Origin: Cycas panzhihuaensis
Lineage: Eukaryota > Plantae > Cycadophyta
Assembly: GCA_023213395.1 (NCBI GenBank)
Contig: CM041465.1
Coordinates: 203,305,741 to 203,369,740 of the forward strand
Length of the DNA stretch: 64,000 bases
Reading direction: 5' to 3'
Below are positions 1 through 15,199 of the stretch, piece after piece (position 1 is the stretch's first letter; each line of letters starts with the position of its first letter). The position numbers and the translations under genes are program-made. Under the pieces are notes generated by a model. It was not told the origin of the DNA. It did not search any database and saw nothing but the letters and a program-made list of their open reading frames with translations.

Positions 1-3000
1 ATACTAGTTTGTAAAGCTTACATTGGATTCCATTAAAGATAATCAAGAACTATTGTAAATTTTTCTTAATCGTTTTACCCTTCTAAAGGTTGAAGACAAT
101 GGTTTTCATTCATTACTTCATTATTAACCTATAAGTAAACCCCTTCTGAGACTATTAGTTAGCATATTAATAACTTTCAAGAATTAACTAGTTATTATAT
201 AGTTAGTTTAAATGATATCACACTTAAGCAAGTCTTTCTTAATAGTTTGGCAGATATTGTCAATTTTGAATTATTACGTCAAAATCTCAAGTCTTACCTT
301 GAAGTAGAACAACTTGCTCATCAATATAAGCATGCCCTAATTTAGTTAGGATTGATGATTATTGAAAGTCCTACCTATATTTAGGCCATCCTTCTTGATG
401 ATCTAAATAGAGATGGTGTTGGTGGTGGGGGTCCACCCCTTCCTCTTCCTTAACAACCTCCCCAACAAGTTGTGTAAATAACCTTAACAACCCCTATTGC
501 TTCTTTACATAACTTAGTAGTATTTATCACCCAACTAGCATAACTTGTTCAAAATCTTATTATGAAAAAAAAATAAAATATATGGTCATTCAAAAAGTAT
601 AATGATGACCTAATCACCTGTAAAATAACCAATTGAGGGGGTAGCATAATCCACTCCCTTATACTCAAGAAAATAACATCCCACTTGGTGCCCTACAAAA
701 TATGTAACAAAAATGACCTTCTAGATCCCTTTATTGCAATCATTGTGGAAAAATAAGCCACTATGAGAATACATATCATGAGCAACTTTGATACTCTACT
801 TGTCATATTCCTAGTGATTATACGATTAGGAATTATCTTGCTTTGGCTTTGGCTCATCAATCCCATGATTAAAACCCTAATCAGCAAATAGTAATGTACA
901 AAGATCCCTTACCTAACAATAATTTAAGGCATGTTTATTTTACCCATTTAGCCCCTTCAAGTGTTGAAGCCCAACTTACTTCACAAATTCAGAATCTTCA
1001 AAGTTAGTTCAACTCATTACAACTTTAACATGCATTTTTTCTTAATTCCTCTCAAGTGATTAGATCTCAATTTATTTAGGCTTTTATATAACCTAGTATA
1101 ATAACCTAGTATCTTTGTTTTCCTTATAAAAGGTGCAAACTCCACTTCTATTATGTATTAAGTGGATTCAAATGAATCTTTGGTTTTATAAATTGATAGA
1201 TAAAATTCACTAAATAAATTTAAGGTGCACACATATTAACCATAGCATATCCTCATAAATATGGATTCTTTAAATTTTTAAAAATGTCAACTAATTTGTA
1301 ACCTTGTTTTCTATTAAGGCATTTAGAAGAATTAGGGTAAAAAACCAAGGAGAGCTTTCTTTAAGTCAATAGTTTTATAATGATTATTATCTTGCCCTTA
1401 TCCTTCTATTTACTCTCCATGTATGTCATTCCCTATCCCATGGCTCTGAGTTCACATCATCCTCACACTCCATTTATCTTACCTCCCACATATCTCTTTT
1501 CAATACATTAATATCAACTATTTGCCCATATAAAGCATCCAACATACCCCTATCCTTCATTTCCTATTTTTCCCTATTAAGTTTACACATATGTTATCCC
1601 TAAATCTCACTTGTAGTCTTACATACCCTGTTATATTTTATTTCTTCACTAATCCCTTATGCTTCTTACCTCATAATCTCTCGTTGAAACTACATTCTCC
1701 CCTATCATCCTATCTTCTCTCTATGAGCCTTTACATTACATCTCCCCTTTTAGCATACCCCTCTCTTATGCCCTACTCTAAAACTCTTACCCATATGGGA
1801 TTTCTATCATACCAACTAATTTGATTCCCATTTACTAAATACCCATCTCATATGTCCCCATCTAAGCTAATCATCCTTATAATATAGTCAAATTCTCCAT
1901 TCCCTACCCCTTATTCACACTAATCTTATCTTATTATTTCCACATCATTTTCCTTATTCAAGAGCAAATCCACATGGGCATAGTACAGAAATGATATATA
2001 GGATCCCAAGCAAGGTGAACTCACAATACATCCTAGGATCTATTAAATGTGATGTGTGTTATTTCAGTACTAAAGAATCCTTATAGTATTTAAAGGAAAG
2101 ACTTGAAAGAGAATGATGTCAAAGTTTCCATAGTTAAGATTACTTATAAAAAAAATAATGGCCAGGGATAAGTATACTATAATAATAAGGCATGGTATGG
2201 AAATCAAACTGTAAGGTACAATAAAACCAATGTAAAGCAACAAATACTATATCATTTAAATCATTAAAAGCCTTAAAAGAAGGCAATCCTTCCTTAATCT
2301 TAAAAGATGATCACTTGCATTCATTGAAGTTTAAATTTTAAAATGCTTTAAGGACGAAGTATATCAAGAAGGGAGAAATTATTGTACTTTGTTTTCATTG
2401 TAAAGAACTAGCATGTGACCAAGTTGACCAAGTGTGGCTAACCCCTAAGCATATGCACCAACTTCAAGTAGAAGGTAAATCATACTAGCAACAACATCCA
2501 TCTATACCCATGCTTTAAGGATAAAAAAGAGAGGGAATTACGATGTACATACAACTTTTAATGGACCAAGGTACTTTTAAAAATAATGAGATATTAATTA
2601 TTTTGTAATTATAAACTTAAAATTTTAAAAATCAAGTCATAAAAAAAAAAAGGATATTAAGCTTTTTATTAGTTTTAAAACAAGTGATCATCACCCTGAA
2701 ACAAACATCACATGAGAAAATAATACCAATTTTAAGTTCATAATTTTAAATATATATTATTTGAAACCAGCTTCACTTCTAAATTATTAACAATTTTAAG
2801 GGTTGTCCCTAGCCTAAAATAATTCATAATTTAAAAGTACAATCATATGTAAAAAGTGGATGGATTATTTAGAAAATATTACTTTTAGAGTTTATTTTTT
2901 CTTTTCACTCCTTAAAGAGGAGATGTTACTAAAGGGTCCATTTCCTCAAAGAGGAATAATTACTACAAAAGGCATTCTATTATCTTGTGAATCCTTTGTA

Positions 3001-3320
3001 ATAGAGATAAGTTACTTTATTAGATACTATTTTATTGTATTATAAGGTTATTATATTTATTATTATTTTATTTCTTGGGCGTTGCCATATTTGCTATCAT
3101 TTAGTACTTCTTCTTTTCAATGCAATTTGGAGTTGTTATAGATATTCAATTACTTTTAATTTTTAACATTCAATAGTACTTAAATATTCATGCTATTATT
3201 TATTATTGGAATATGTGAGCAACGTTGAAGAATTCTTGCAAGAAGACACCAATCAACATGTCAAAGAGTTACCATCACTATTAGCATGGTAAAAGAAGAT
3301 ACTTTGGTGAAATGATCCCA
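1..3320 (+). mobile_element. Decayed gypsy-like remains (copy A): gag-like remnant, pyrimidine-rich tract and family motifs
   Basis: gag-like remnant HINNFQEL...LKQVFLNSL...FELLRQNLKSYLEVEQLAHQY (~160-330). C/T-rich tract ~1390-1950. Motifs shared with copies B-D at ~1960-2045 and ~3240-3310. Confidence 0.45.
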
Positions 3321-3418
3321 ATATAAATAATACAAAATTGATAGAAGTAATATTGTAGATAATAACAATAAAATAAACAACAAATAATTACATTAATGAT
3401 TGAAATAAGAATAGTAGA

Positions 3419-3588
3419 CTTTTATTTTTTTAAATAATATGTATCGAGTAGATGGAATTAGATCTTTATTTGTTGGGGTTTGTCACCCTTTAATCCAGTT
3501 CTCCCCTATAACCCCCCATGGGGATTAAACCTAGGACTTCCAACACTGTAGGGTAGATACCTAACAATGCACCACAGTGCCCAATCTC
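3419..3588 (-). mobile_element. tRNA-derived SINE (170 bp)
   Basis: Perfect 11-bp TSD AGAATAGTAGA (3408-3418 / 3589-3599). Box A-like TGGTGCATTGTT (plus 3563-3574) and box B-like GGTTTAATCCC (plus 3521-3531) are 31 nt apart. A-rich tail. Confidence 0.8.
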
Positions 3589-5125
3589 AGAATAGTAGAT
3601 AATTGACTAAAATTGTACACTAATGGCACCAAAGTACCTTAAGGTAGAAATCAATCCATGATTGAGAAAAATAAATTAACTATACAAGTGCAATGTAAAG
3701 GCTCCCATATTTATAGGCACCTTTTATTGAACTGACTTCATTAAAATATTAATTATAATTTAATATTATAAAACTAGCTTTATTTAGGCTTGATACAAAT
3801 CTTCCCTCCCTAAAATACTTTGTCCTTATAGTATTTTCTCTTACTATTTGATAATGCTAATAATGTTTCAATATACTAACTGGTTTCCTTCTATAATGTC
3901 AATATCTCTCGATATGCTAACTAATGTCTATTGTAGTGTTATACCTCTTTTGATCTTTATGACTTCTTAAAGACTCTTCAATGATCTTACTGTGTTCCCC
4001 TTTTTAGAATGCTCCCCACACAAAGCATGGAAAATATAACATATTTCCTCAATCCACCACTTGCAAAAGCTAAGTTAATATAGAATTTGGGCCATCTTTA
4101 TAATGTCTTCAATAAGCAGCATATATGCATAATCTCCATATTTATAGCGATGTCATTTCTATAATAGAATACGCATAGGACCTTGCAGTTGATAGCTCTT
4201 AGAACTTATACGTTATGGGTTCGCCTTGCTTGAGATCCATAAAAATTTAGCCTTGAAGAGAGAGAGCATGAATAAGGAGAGATGAGATCAATGCCAATAA
4301 TAGGCAAGGAATAGGGAATATTACTTAAGTCTCCTATAACCAAGCAGTTTAGATGGTATCATATAGGAATGGTATATAGAAAATAATAATTGTATGGAAA
4401 GAATTCTATATAAATGAGAAGTTTAGATAGGGACACATATCTAAAGCATATCAGAAATGAAAAAGGGTGTGAAGGTTTATAGACAAATAATGGCATAATT
4501 AGGGGCAATGTACTTTGGGAATGAAATTAGAAAGTAGGAACAATAGAGGGTTAAATAAAGAATAAGGAGTAATAGAACATGATGGGTTTTATATGTTAGC
4601 AAGTGCTTTGAATAGAAACATATAAGAGGGGTATGTGGAAAGGAAATCTTTAATATGAAATATTACAAGAAAGTGAAGTAGTGGCAAAGGGCAAGGATAA
4701 CATAGTAGCTTATGGAGGAGATCAATAGATAAGGGTCATAAGGGATTACTAAAAGAGTAGGAGATGAGGCATGTGAGTTATGATTACCATTCCATATAGA
4801 TGAGTAGTTTGGATAGAATTTTATAAAAGGGATATGTGAGAAACAAAAAGTGAGGTAAGGCTGATGAGGGATAACAATGATATAAGGTATGGGTGAGATT
4901 AGTGAATAGAAGCACATGAGAGAGATATATAAGAAATGAGAATTGAAGTTTAGGGCAATGAAGGGTAGAGATGATATGGGTTAAGAATGAGACTTGGGGA
5001 TAATGTATGTGGATGATTAGTAGAAGACCACAGGATGAGAGATAAGGGAATGGTAAGCCTTCTATACAAATAAGAAAGAGGTCAAGGATGGAAATTGAAA
5101 TATAGGTGATGGAAAGGGAAAGTGA

Positions 5126-8100
5126 TGTAACAAATCAAAAATAAAGAATCAGGTTTGATTTTAAAATTGTTAATTATTGGTGGAAGTTGGCTCCAAAAAC
5201 CATTGCATATAAATAAGGCAAATGCTATGAAAATAAACATGGTTATTTTGGTTATAAATAAGGTAAAGCCTATGAAAATGAACATGGATTCACCTCAGTT
5301 TTAGGCACTTTGGTATACTCCTACTACTATACCTTCTAATATCTACTATTATTCATCATTCATCTGTGATTATTATACTTTATCTATTAGTTATGCTAAT
5401 ATTATTCTAAATATTATTACTACCTTACCATTATCTAAAAATCATTATTTGTTGAACTATTAGTTACCTGTTGGCTTATTTCAAGTGGGATCAAGGAACT
5501 TTCAAGGTCTGTAAAGGAAGTATTGTGGCTATCACTCTACATCTAATTATCTTATTATTGACTTTACAAATGCAAAGGAAATGAAGATAGTAAGTGGCAA
5601 CTAACTCATTTGGAAATTATTCCAAGCAAGCATATGAAGGTTAATTTGAACAAAGTGATTTGCATGATCTTGTTAATGCCATATTAGATTATCTCAATAT
5701 CACTCTTAATTGAATTATCTCGCATAAGCTTCACTGGCATTGGCTAGTTTTATGGCATTATTAGACAAATTCCTGCACTTTTGTGTACTTCCAATGGTAT
5801 ATTTTGAAGTATTACCCATATATTCTATCAAGAAAGTCTCCCCTAAGTGCCAATGTCTCTTCAACAATGTCAAAACAACCATTGCTAGAGAATAATCAGC
5901 AATTCAATAATAGTTGTGAGGCCATCTAACATCACAAAGGATCAACACAAACCTTGTAGAAAATTCAAGGAGGAATTTGATCTTCTCATCTATAGCATGT
6001 TGTTTAGTCTAGCCATCTATTGTAGTCGATCATCTACATTATTGTATCACATTTTGAGATTTTGAATAAAGTAGCCATCATTCAAAAGTGCCCAACCATT
6101 AATATGCTTTCAACTTGGGACCATCCTTCCTAGATACTTCAAATTCTTTTCCAATACTCTTTTACAGTACTTGTCTCCATATAATTGCATGCTCTAATCC
6201 ATTCTCCATGGAATGTTAATGGGTCAGTATGTTAACAATGTAATGAAACCTTTGGCTTATAATATTTGTAATATTGACCACTACTAGTGTTACAATACTA
6301 GAGTGGTTGTTGGTGTTTCCTTAAAACAAGTGCCATGATTATTTTAGAAAACATTAGCAGGCATTAATTTTCCTAAAAGGATCAAGAAGATATTGAGAGA
6401 TGATGTAAATTATCAACATATATCACTCCCTATAGCTACTCCTAACCCAAGTTACCCCTATCTTCTAGCCCTCTTACATTCCCTATATACCTCCTCAATG
6501 TCCACCAACATATAACACCCTTCATAACACCTATCCTTCATGTCCTATCTCTTCCTCTCCTACCCCATACATATGTTACTTCTCCATCTCCCTTGTAGCC
6601 TACATCACCCTACCATTTACCATCCATACTTCAACTTCCATTCCCTACATCTCTCTCTTCCATTTATATAAATAAATAAATTACTCAATATCTCCCCCAC
6701 CTATAATCTTTTGTATGTGTTACCCCTTAGTTTCATCCCAAACATACATCATCTTTATACCTTGTCTCCCTCATTTTAGCTACCACCCTTCATACATGCT
6801 TCTATTCCCTAATCTTACTCATCATCCTTATTCATTATCATGCTCACCTTGCTCTTCATTCTATATGCACCTTTTTAAACATAATTTTTATCCATATCAA
6901 ACACTTGAAATATCTTTCTTTTCTTGCTAACCCCCCACATCCCTTATTGCTTAATCCTCTATAACAGTTACCTCGTCACCCTTACTCCTTATCACCCCTT
7001 CATTCCACTATAACACCTCACATATAAATCTCACTCTACAATCCCTCTTATTCCTTGTTTCCAAGACCTATATACTTCTTATCTCTAAATCCCTCTCCTA
7101 AACTTCATCTTTACTAATTATTCTCTCTCTATAATCCTTCAGACTGCATTTCCACCCTTGATATAACCCTGTCTTATATTCACTCTAAACCTCTATCTAT
7201 ACAAAATTCCTACCATACCAACCAATCCAAATTCCATTTCTTGATTACCCCTCCCAAAAAATCCCATCTAAATGAGTCACACGTATGGGGCCCTAATTGT
7301 TTCTTTTATTCCTTGACCCTTCTTCACACAGGTCTCCTCTCTCCATATCTAATCTATTTTTTGTTTTCAACTCCACGTGGATGTAATAGAGAAGTAGGAT
7401 ATAAGAGCTCAAGTAAGTTGAGTTCACAACACACAATTCTCGAGATCTTTCACATATAAAATCCTATACAAAATAATTCAAAAAATTACATCATCATAAA
7501 TAAAAAGATGATGCTTATATGTTACTTCTCAAAGATAATATACAGATAGACTAAACACCTATGATATCTTGCCCTTAGTAGTGGTGAATTGAACAATGAC
7601 GTCTTCTCTTCCAAATTGTTTATGTAGAACATTTGAAGAAAGGGAAGAATGCCATGACTCTATCATTAAAGATTCATTGCAAAAACCACCAACAAGATCA
7701 CAAGGTACAAGTATTGAGAAAGAAACCAACGAACCTATCAAAGGGTTATCATAAACTAGCATGGCAAAAGAATACTTCAAAGATGAAGTATCTTAACAAA
7801 TGAAGAATTGTAATAAGCCCAAAAATAATGAAATTAGTGTTGGTTTTGAAATTGTTAATTATTGATAAAAGTCGATTCCAAAAATGTTGCATATAAATAA
7901 AGAAAAACCTATGAAAATGGACATGGATTTTTTTCTTTCCTTCATGATGGATTAGCTCCATTTTAAGAAATACAACACATTGCTACTACTACACATCTAC
8001 TATCTACTATTATTTATCATCCATCTACTATTATCCTATTTTATCTACTATTATACTAGCATTACTCTGTCATTTGAATATTGTTATTGCTTTTACTATT

Positions 8101-8181
8101 ATCTACAAATTATTATTTATTAGGTTATTACTTCTTTACTAAAATTGCCTATTGGCTTTGTTTTAAGTGATGTAGGCTACA
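5126..8181 (+). mobile_element. Very old non-autonomous gypsy-like LTR element (copy C), nested antisense in a same-family copy
   Basis: Diverged direct repeats ~5126-5490 and 7809-8181, both starting TGTAA, the second ending CTACA. TSD AGTGA/AGTAA. The purine-rich host tract resumes after 8186. Confidence 0.6.
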
Positions 8182-8767
8182 AGTAAGATTGGGAAATGAC
8201 GTACACATGGAGTTAATAGGAAAAGAGGGATAGGGGATAGGATGGATGTTCTATATAAGAAAATAAATTATATGGGTGCATTGGGATCAATGACACACTT
8301 ATGTTCCTCTCATAAGAACATGGCAAATAATAACAAACAATAATCAACACCAAAGTGCTAAAAAGATTATAGCAAATTGTTATCTACTATTTTATATTAT
8401 TCGTCTAAAGACGATACTTTTGTTGTTTTTCATATATATCAACAAACCCATTATTGATAATACTTTCTTTGAATTAGAATTCCTATCATTTATTGTAAAG
8501 AAGCATAAAACATGTTACCATGTTCTAATAATTGGTATTAAGTTGTGGTTAGAATCGAGTTAGAGCTTTGGTCTAAGCCTATTTTTTGACCCCAAGTTAG
8601 GTTGTAAGATTGTGAATGTGTCCATCTATTAAGAGTTTATTTTGAACTTGGTTTAGTATGCATGTTTGTGACCAGTGACAGAGGTAAGTTTGTTTACTTG
8701 TCAAGCAATATTCTATTACAGATTGTAGATAGTTTTAAGCTACAATTATGTAAGGCACCTGAAAGCA

Positions 8768-11700
8768 TGTTAGTGTCATGAGCTTAGAATGTATTCTAAA
8801 CTATAAGATCTTAATCATACACAATAAGTAAACATCAAAGAGCATAGGTATATAGTACATAGGTTTTATATGGAAATTTCTTTCAAGAATAAACCTACCA
8901 CACTAAATCAAATGTCACATTAATTACACCACAATTGAGATATTACATCTAACCTAGAGCTAGTATTTATTCAAACTTATATAGTGCATCCATCTCAAGA
9001 GATGTAACTCTTCATTAATCATGGCTATTCATTTAATCAATTCATTAATTAAACCACATTTATATTAACTATATTCTTAACATTTAGTTACTTTAATATC
9101 CCCCCTTAATGGAAATGTCATAAATTAGTCTTCAATCAAAAGTCTCCTAGTAAAGGCAAGAATTATCCTTACCGATATATCCCTCCTAAAGGATAACTTC
9201 ATAAAGTCCCAACTTGGATCAAAGCTTTATGAATTGATCTTTAGTAAGTGTATTTATGAATATATCCACAAGCTAATCTTCACTCAGACAATACTCAATC
9301 TATAACTTCCCTACCTGAATCTAGTCATGAATATAATAGTGTTAGATCTCAATATAGTTTGTATGGATATAAAACTCTAAATCTTTTAAACAAATGGATA
9401 GTACTCTAATTATATATCAATATAACCAACATGCCACTTAGTTTTTCCAAAATAACAAGTAGTCCTTACCACCATATGGCTTCCCTCATACCAACAAATA
9501 AACCTTGATACTCTACCTCGGTGGATGATAAGGCAAATATTTATTATTTCTTAGAGTGTTATGAAATAGGTCTATTGCAAATACTAAAGATGTATCCAAT
9601 AGTAGACTTACATTCTTCAATGTCTCCACCCCAATCAACATCAGTATGTCTAATAAGTTATGTCTCTCCATGTTGAAGTTACTCTAAACCAACATGTAAA
9701 GTCCCCTTCACATATCTCATAATCCTCTTTACAGCAACCTAATGCAACTCTTGGGGATTCTACTTGTAGCAAGAAACTAACCCAACAATGTACACAATAT
9801 CTTGTCCAATATGAGTCAAGTAGATGAGACTCTCTACCAATTATCTCTACAATATTCCATCTACTGTAGGCTTCTTCATATCTTTTAGTAGCTTTGGGCC
9901 TTTAGCATATGGTATTCCAATAGGCTTGCAGTCCTCCATCTTGAATTTCTCAAGCAGGTTGTTCGCATATTTTGTTTGTGACACTAAAATTTTATCTTCC
10001 ATTTGCCTTACCTTAATGCCTAAGTTAAATAGTATAAAGCCATGAGATCTGTCATATTGAAGGTTGCTCCCAAATTGAATTTTATTCCCCCAACAGTTTT
10101 ATTATAGTTATTAGCAATGAATAAATCATCAGCATATAACACAATAGCTATTATTGAAGTTTCTCTCCTTAAAACATATAGATTTGACTCTAGATATGTG
10201 GTAACAAATCCTTCTTCTTTTAGTCTGGTAACGATCTTAGTATACCAAGTATGTGGTGCTTGCTTCAGACCATAGAGTGACTTTTTCAAATGACACACAA
10301 GATGTTCATGTCCTTCATTAATGAAACCAAGAGTTTATACCATGTATATATCCTCTTTTAACTTTCCATTAAGGAATATGGATTCCACATCTATTTGGTG
10401 TAACTCCCAACTATATTTCATTGCGAATGAAAGAAACAAACAGACCATTATTATCTTGGAAACTAGTATAAATGTCTCCCCATAATTGATCCCTTATTTA
10501 TGCTTAAACCCCTATGCAATAAGTCATGTCTCCTTGTACTTGTCCACCTCTTTATTAGAGTGAAACTTGGTCTTGTAGATTCACTTGCAACCAATAAGAT
10601 TTTTCTTAGGATATAATGGAACTAACTCCCACGTGACACTTTTATTAAAGAACTAAATCCCCACTTGATAGTAACCCTTTAATGAGGATCATCTTTTATT
10701 TCTTTATACAAAGTAGGATTATAAAAGTCCATGGTATTGACCACCAAAGTTTAATTAGTATGTTAGCTCCTTCTTCTTCATTCATCTATAAGATTTTATA
10801 ATATCACACTAGAATTTTGAATTGTCTTCCTAGCCCACAATAGCATTGAAGTATCTGGTGTTATTGGTGTCTCCTCATATGATAACATCTCATCATTACC
10901 TTCTCCACACAGTCTTTCTTCCTTATGAATCTCATCCCTTAGCTCTTCATCCTCTGTAGTTAATAAAACACCAATAGGAAATGGAAGTAGTGAGGGGTAA
11001 AAGGTTTCTTCAAACAACATCTTCTTAGCATGTTACGTCATAGATTCATCAAATCTTGCATCCTAACTAGCTATAAGTTTTCTTCCATGCAAATCCCACT
11101 ATTTGTAAGCTTTATTTTGATCTAAATAGCCCATAAATATATACTTTTGACTCTTGCGATCTAACTTTTTACAATTTCCATCTAAGATGTATGTATATGC
11201 AATGCACCTACATGTTTTCAAATGGTTAATAATAGTTTTATGACCAGTCTATTTTTTTTCAAGGGTTATGCCACAAACTACTTTTGTTGATACCCTATTT
11301 ATGATGCACGTGGCAATCCCAACAACTTCTACCTAAAATATAGGTGGTAAGTTCTTTACATACACCATACACCTTGCCATTTCCATCATGGTATGATTTT
11401 TTCTCTCAATAACACTATTTTATTATGGGGTGTATAGAACAGTTAGTTCTCATTTAATACTATAATCTAAGCAGAACTTATTAAATACACAATTATTGTA
11501 CTCCTTGTTATTATCACTTCTCAAAATCTTAATTTTCTTACCATGTTCATTCTCAACACATGCCTTTGATTCTCAAAAGCAATTGAACACTTTAAACTTA
11601 CTATTTAGAAAATATTCCTAAGCCTTCCTAGTATAGTCATTTATAAACACCAAAGTATAGTGAACTCTAGATATCGAAAGATTTGATAGTAGACCCATCA

Positions 11701-14700
11701 AATCAATATGTACAAGCTCTAGTTTCTCCTTAACTCTCAAGGCATAACCTAAGCAAAACAATAGTGATAATGCTACCCATACATATATACTTCACATACA
11801 ACCTCTAAATAAGAAACACGATTCAATCCTTTTACTATTTTCAAATGATTTATAAATGTAATGCTTTAATAATTAAGGTGACCAAGGCATTTATGCCATA
11901 GTTTACTCACATCATTTGCATTGGCAATAAAAGTATAGGTTTAATTTGGAACTTAAAACTTCTCGAATACTCAAAAATTATTCTTCACTTTTCCAATAAT
12001 GATGACAAAGAAATTCTACTTCAGATCCTTAATTAAACATTTATCTTTATAGAGCTCAACCTTCATACCTTATCTACATACCTCCTAGGATTACAAAAGA
12101 TTCATTTTCATCTTAGGTACATAGTGCACACCCTTAAATTTACCTCTTATAAGTGAAATAGTACCAACACCCTCAAAAGGAAAGATGCTCGCATTTCCAA
12201 AAATGATTTCTACTTCACTAGGACCAACATTCCATGCACTGAAGTTTTACTTTTGGAAAGAGATATGCTTTTACACTCCTGAGCTCAAAATCCAATAATC
12301 TCTCTATTTTGATTTAACTAACAAAGCTAACACTTTTGTGTAGTAAATCACAACACCATTTTCTTTATCATCTTAGTTTGCTTTACGTTTATCCCATCTT
12401 TTAAACCAACAGTTATTCTCCTTATGGCCACCCTTTTTACAATAATTATATTTATCGGCAAATTTTTTCTTCTCTTGAGATACTTCTCCTAACTTTTGTG
12501 TAGACTTTTCTTCCTAAACACAATCCCTCCTTTGTGTCTTCATGATTAAGGCTTTGTTGGATTCAGAACCATTGAGCAAACTGTGGTACTTCAACTTAGC
12601 ATCCTCAACTAGAATGAGACTCTTTGACTTTTCAAACAATTGACCCTCCATTACTTCATCCCTTGCATAGATGGTTTGAAAGGTTTCAAATGCTACTGGA
12701 ATTTTTGATATGATTAACGCAAATAATATCTTATCATCAATTGAGCTACATTTTATCTCCTCTAGTTTGTTCCTCAAATTTGTTATTTTATTCAAGTAGA
12801 TATTTATGTTACTTTCATCTTCCACTATAGCATTAAGAAGCTCCATCATTAAAGTAACATGATGATTTATCTTCTTCTACTTAAATGTTTCACATAATAT
12901 TACCTAAAGTTCATTTGGTTTCTCCAAGTTGAGAACTAGGTCCCTTTGGTCAAGCCTTAAAAAATATTTTCAACAACTCTACAGCCATAAATTACTTCTC
13001 TCCTAGACGAGTTCTTTCCTTTTCATCTAAAGAAATGGCAAGTAGCTCGCCTTTAATAATCCTCCATAGTTGATTTACCATTAACACCAACCTCATGTTT
13101 ACCTTCCACTCACTAAAATTGTTTCCATTAAAGATAACTTGAGGCATCATCTTCTCCATTGAAAGAACCAGCTTACAAAAGGGTTGTTTGCATCAAACTA
13201 CTTGACATTTAGTGAATTAGACAACACCCTACACAATGTTCAATCTTTGTTCACTTATAATTTTCCAAAAATATAATATTTTAATGGTTTTAAAAATGTA
13301 TTTCAAACACCACCAAACTTGCATAACCATAGGGCTCAATGTTTTTACACCCTCTACAAATATGTCACTAAAGACATGCTAATAATAGTCCAAAATTACT
13401 TCAAACAACAAGAAATAACATTTCAACAATAATATGGACTTTGAAAATGGTAAATTTAAATTTTAACAAAGAAATCTCACTGAATTTTTTCTCAAAATAG
13501 CAAATCTCAAGTTAAAATCTTAATGTGTCTAATGCAATGGTCTTTCCCTTTAAATTTATTCCAAATTTGAAAAAGAATCTCATAAGAATATACCTAAAAT
13601 GGGTGATTGTACTTTTCCATCCATGCACCTCTTAATATCCCCACATGACTCTTAAAATGTGATAAAAAGGTCAATTAAATAATTTTATCTGTGTATTAAG
13701 GTTTACTAACCTTAATATACAAGTAGGAACTCCAAAAATGAAATGACGGCTCCAAAGTAATTGATAACTCTACGATTTTATAAGCACAACTGTCACGAGC
13801 ACCCACGGCCAATGATTGGCTCTAAAAATTTCCCAATGATAATTTGACCAAGGCATGGTGATAATACAACTAAAAATGGCTCAAGCAATACCATCTATGG
13901 CTAAATCAAACCAATAGGACTAAATATATGTCACAACTCTCAGTGGTTGTTCATAAATATTTTCTAAACTAGCATTTATCACTTAGCACCAATTTGAGCT
14001 TTATGACATCTTCCACTAGTAGATTGCATCACTGCAACACCATCCACAAGTAGATAATGCCAAAAATAGAACCAACCTTACTTGTATAAGACACTAACAA
14101 TTTTCCATTGTTTAAGGACTTGATTTGATGCCCAACAATGCCAAACAACCTTCAAATAGAGCCCTATACACTTAGAACGAATCTAATGTAACCTAACACT
14201 ATTAGATCACCTTCAAAATTGGTCTAATAGGTATATGGAGTGTCTAACATGCCCAACCAACCTTATATATCTCCAACATAAGCCCAACACTGTCTAAATA
14301 ATGCCCAATATTGATTTAAGACCATAAGTAGCAATAAAATTTTATTAATAGGTGAGTTTCACCTTCTCAATCATCATTGCATCATTGTGTCACTCTTTTA
14401 ATTGTTGGAGAAGATTAAAATCATCAGAAACAGTACTCTACTAGTGTTATTAGGCAGCCTTCAATCTTATCACCTCCACTAAATTGTAACCCCAACTATG
14501 TATGTTTGTTCAACTTTGATACCATGCGAGAAAACGCGAAACATGCATGTATTCTAAACTACAAGATCTTGATCACACATAACAAATAAACATGAAAGAG
14601 CATAGGTATATAGGTTTTACATAGAAAACCCTTCCGAGAACAAAACCACCACACCAAATCAATCGTCACATTTGAGTACACCACAAATAAGATATTACAT

Positions 14701-14847
14701 CCAAACTATGCATTATTATTCAAAGCCATATGATATGTCCATCTCAATAAATACGACTCTTTGTTAATTTTGGTCATTCATTTAATCAATTCACTAATTA
14801 AACCACATTTACATTAGCTATGTGATTAATACTTAGCCACTCTAATA
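8768..14847 (-). mobile_element. Old Ty1/copia LTR retrotransposon (~6.1 kb), strongly decayed
   Basis: Diverged LTRs ~8768-9098 and 14525-14847. PBS TGGTATCAAAGT (plus 14513-14524). PPT TCCCCCCTTAA at 9099-9109. gag start MEKMMPQVIFNGNNFSEW at 13159. RT remnant LKKSLYGLKQAP...YADD at 10020-10298. No clean TSD; left boundary approximate. Confidence 0.88.
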
Positions 14848-15199
14848 CTGATAATTTGTATGTAACTTAAAATGCCCTTACATTTTTATAATAATCCATT
14901 AAAGAAGAAAGAGTGTTGTGCAAGGGGAGAGGAGAAGAAAACTTCATTCTTAGACTTTGAATATTCTAAATCTATGGTGATAAGCAACATAACTCACTTG
15001 GGTCATTATTAATGCCCTAGTGATTCTTGTTGTAGCTAAACCCCACCCCCCACCAACCTAACCTTTCTTTATTTTTTCTTTACCCTACTTTTTAATCTTA
15101 TTCTTAAAATAAATCATTGAACTAAAATATTCTTAATGAATATGTTAATCTTAAATAATTTTAAAAGGGGTAAGGTCTAAGAACAATCTAAAGATATTA

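Larger units (their letters stand above)
3320..8500 (-). mobile_element. Same-family decayed LTR element (copy B); ends approximate
   Basis: 3' LTR (minus strand TGTATCAAGCC... from 3797) shares motifs with the copy C LTRs. PPT-like CTTCCCTCCC at 3801-3810. Purine-rich tract ~4260-5125. Confidence 0.5.

Noticed and set aside
3419-3500. SINE tail homologous to the 3' end of the L1 at ~29940-29998
   Set aside because: Only a short AAACCCC word is shared, which is too weak to claim.
3515-3588. Functional tRNA gene
   Set aside because: No convincing cloverleaf, degenerate boxes, and the TSD plus A-tail indicate a SINE.
5550-6200. Possible LINE ORF1 remnant (minus strand IWVILQNIPLE)
   Set aside because: A single short motif in very decayed sequence with no reliable boundaries.
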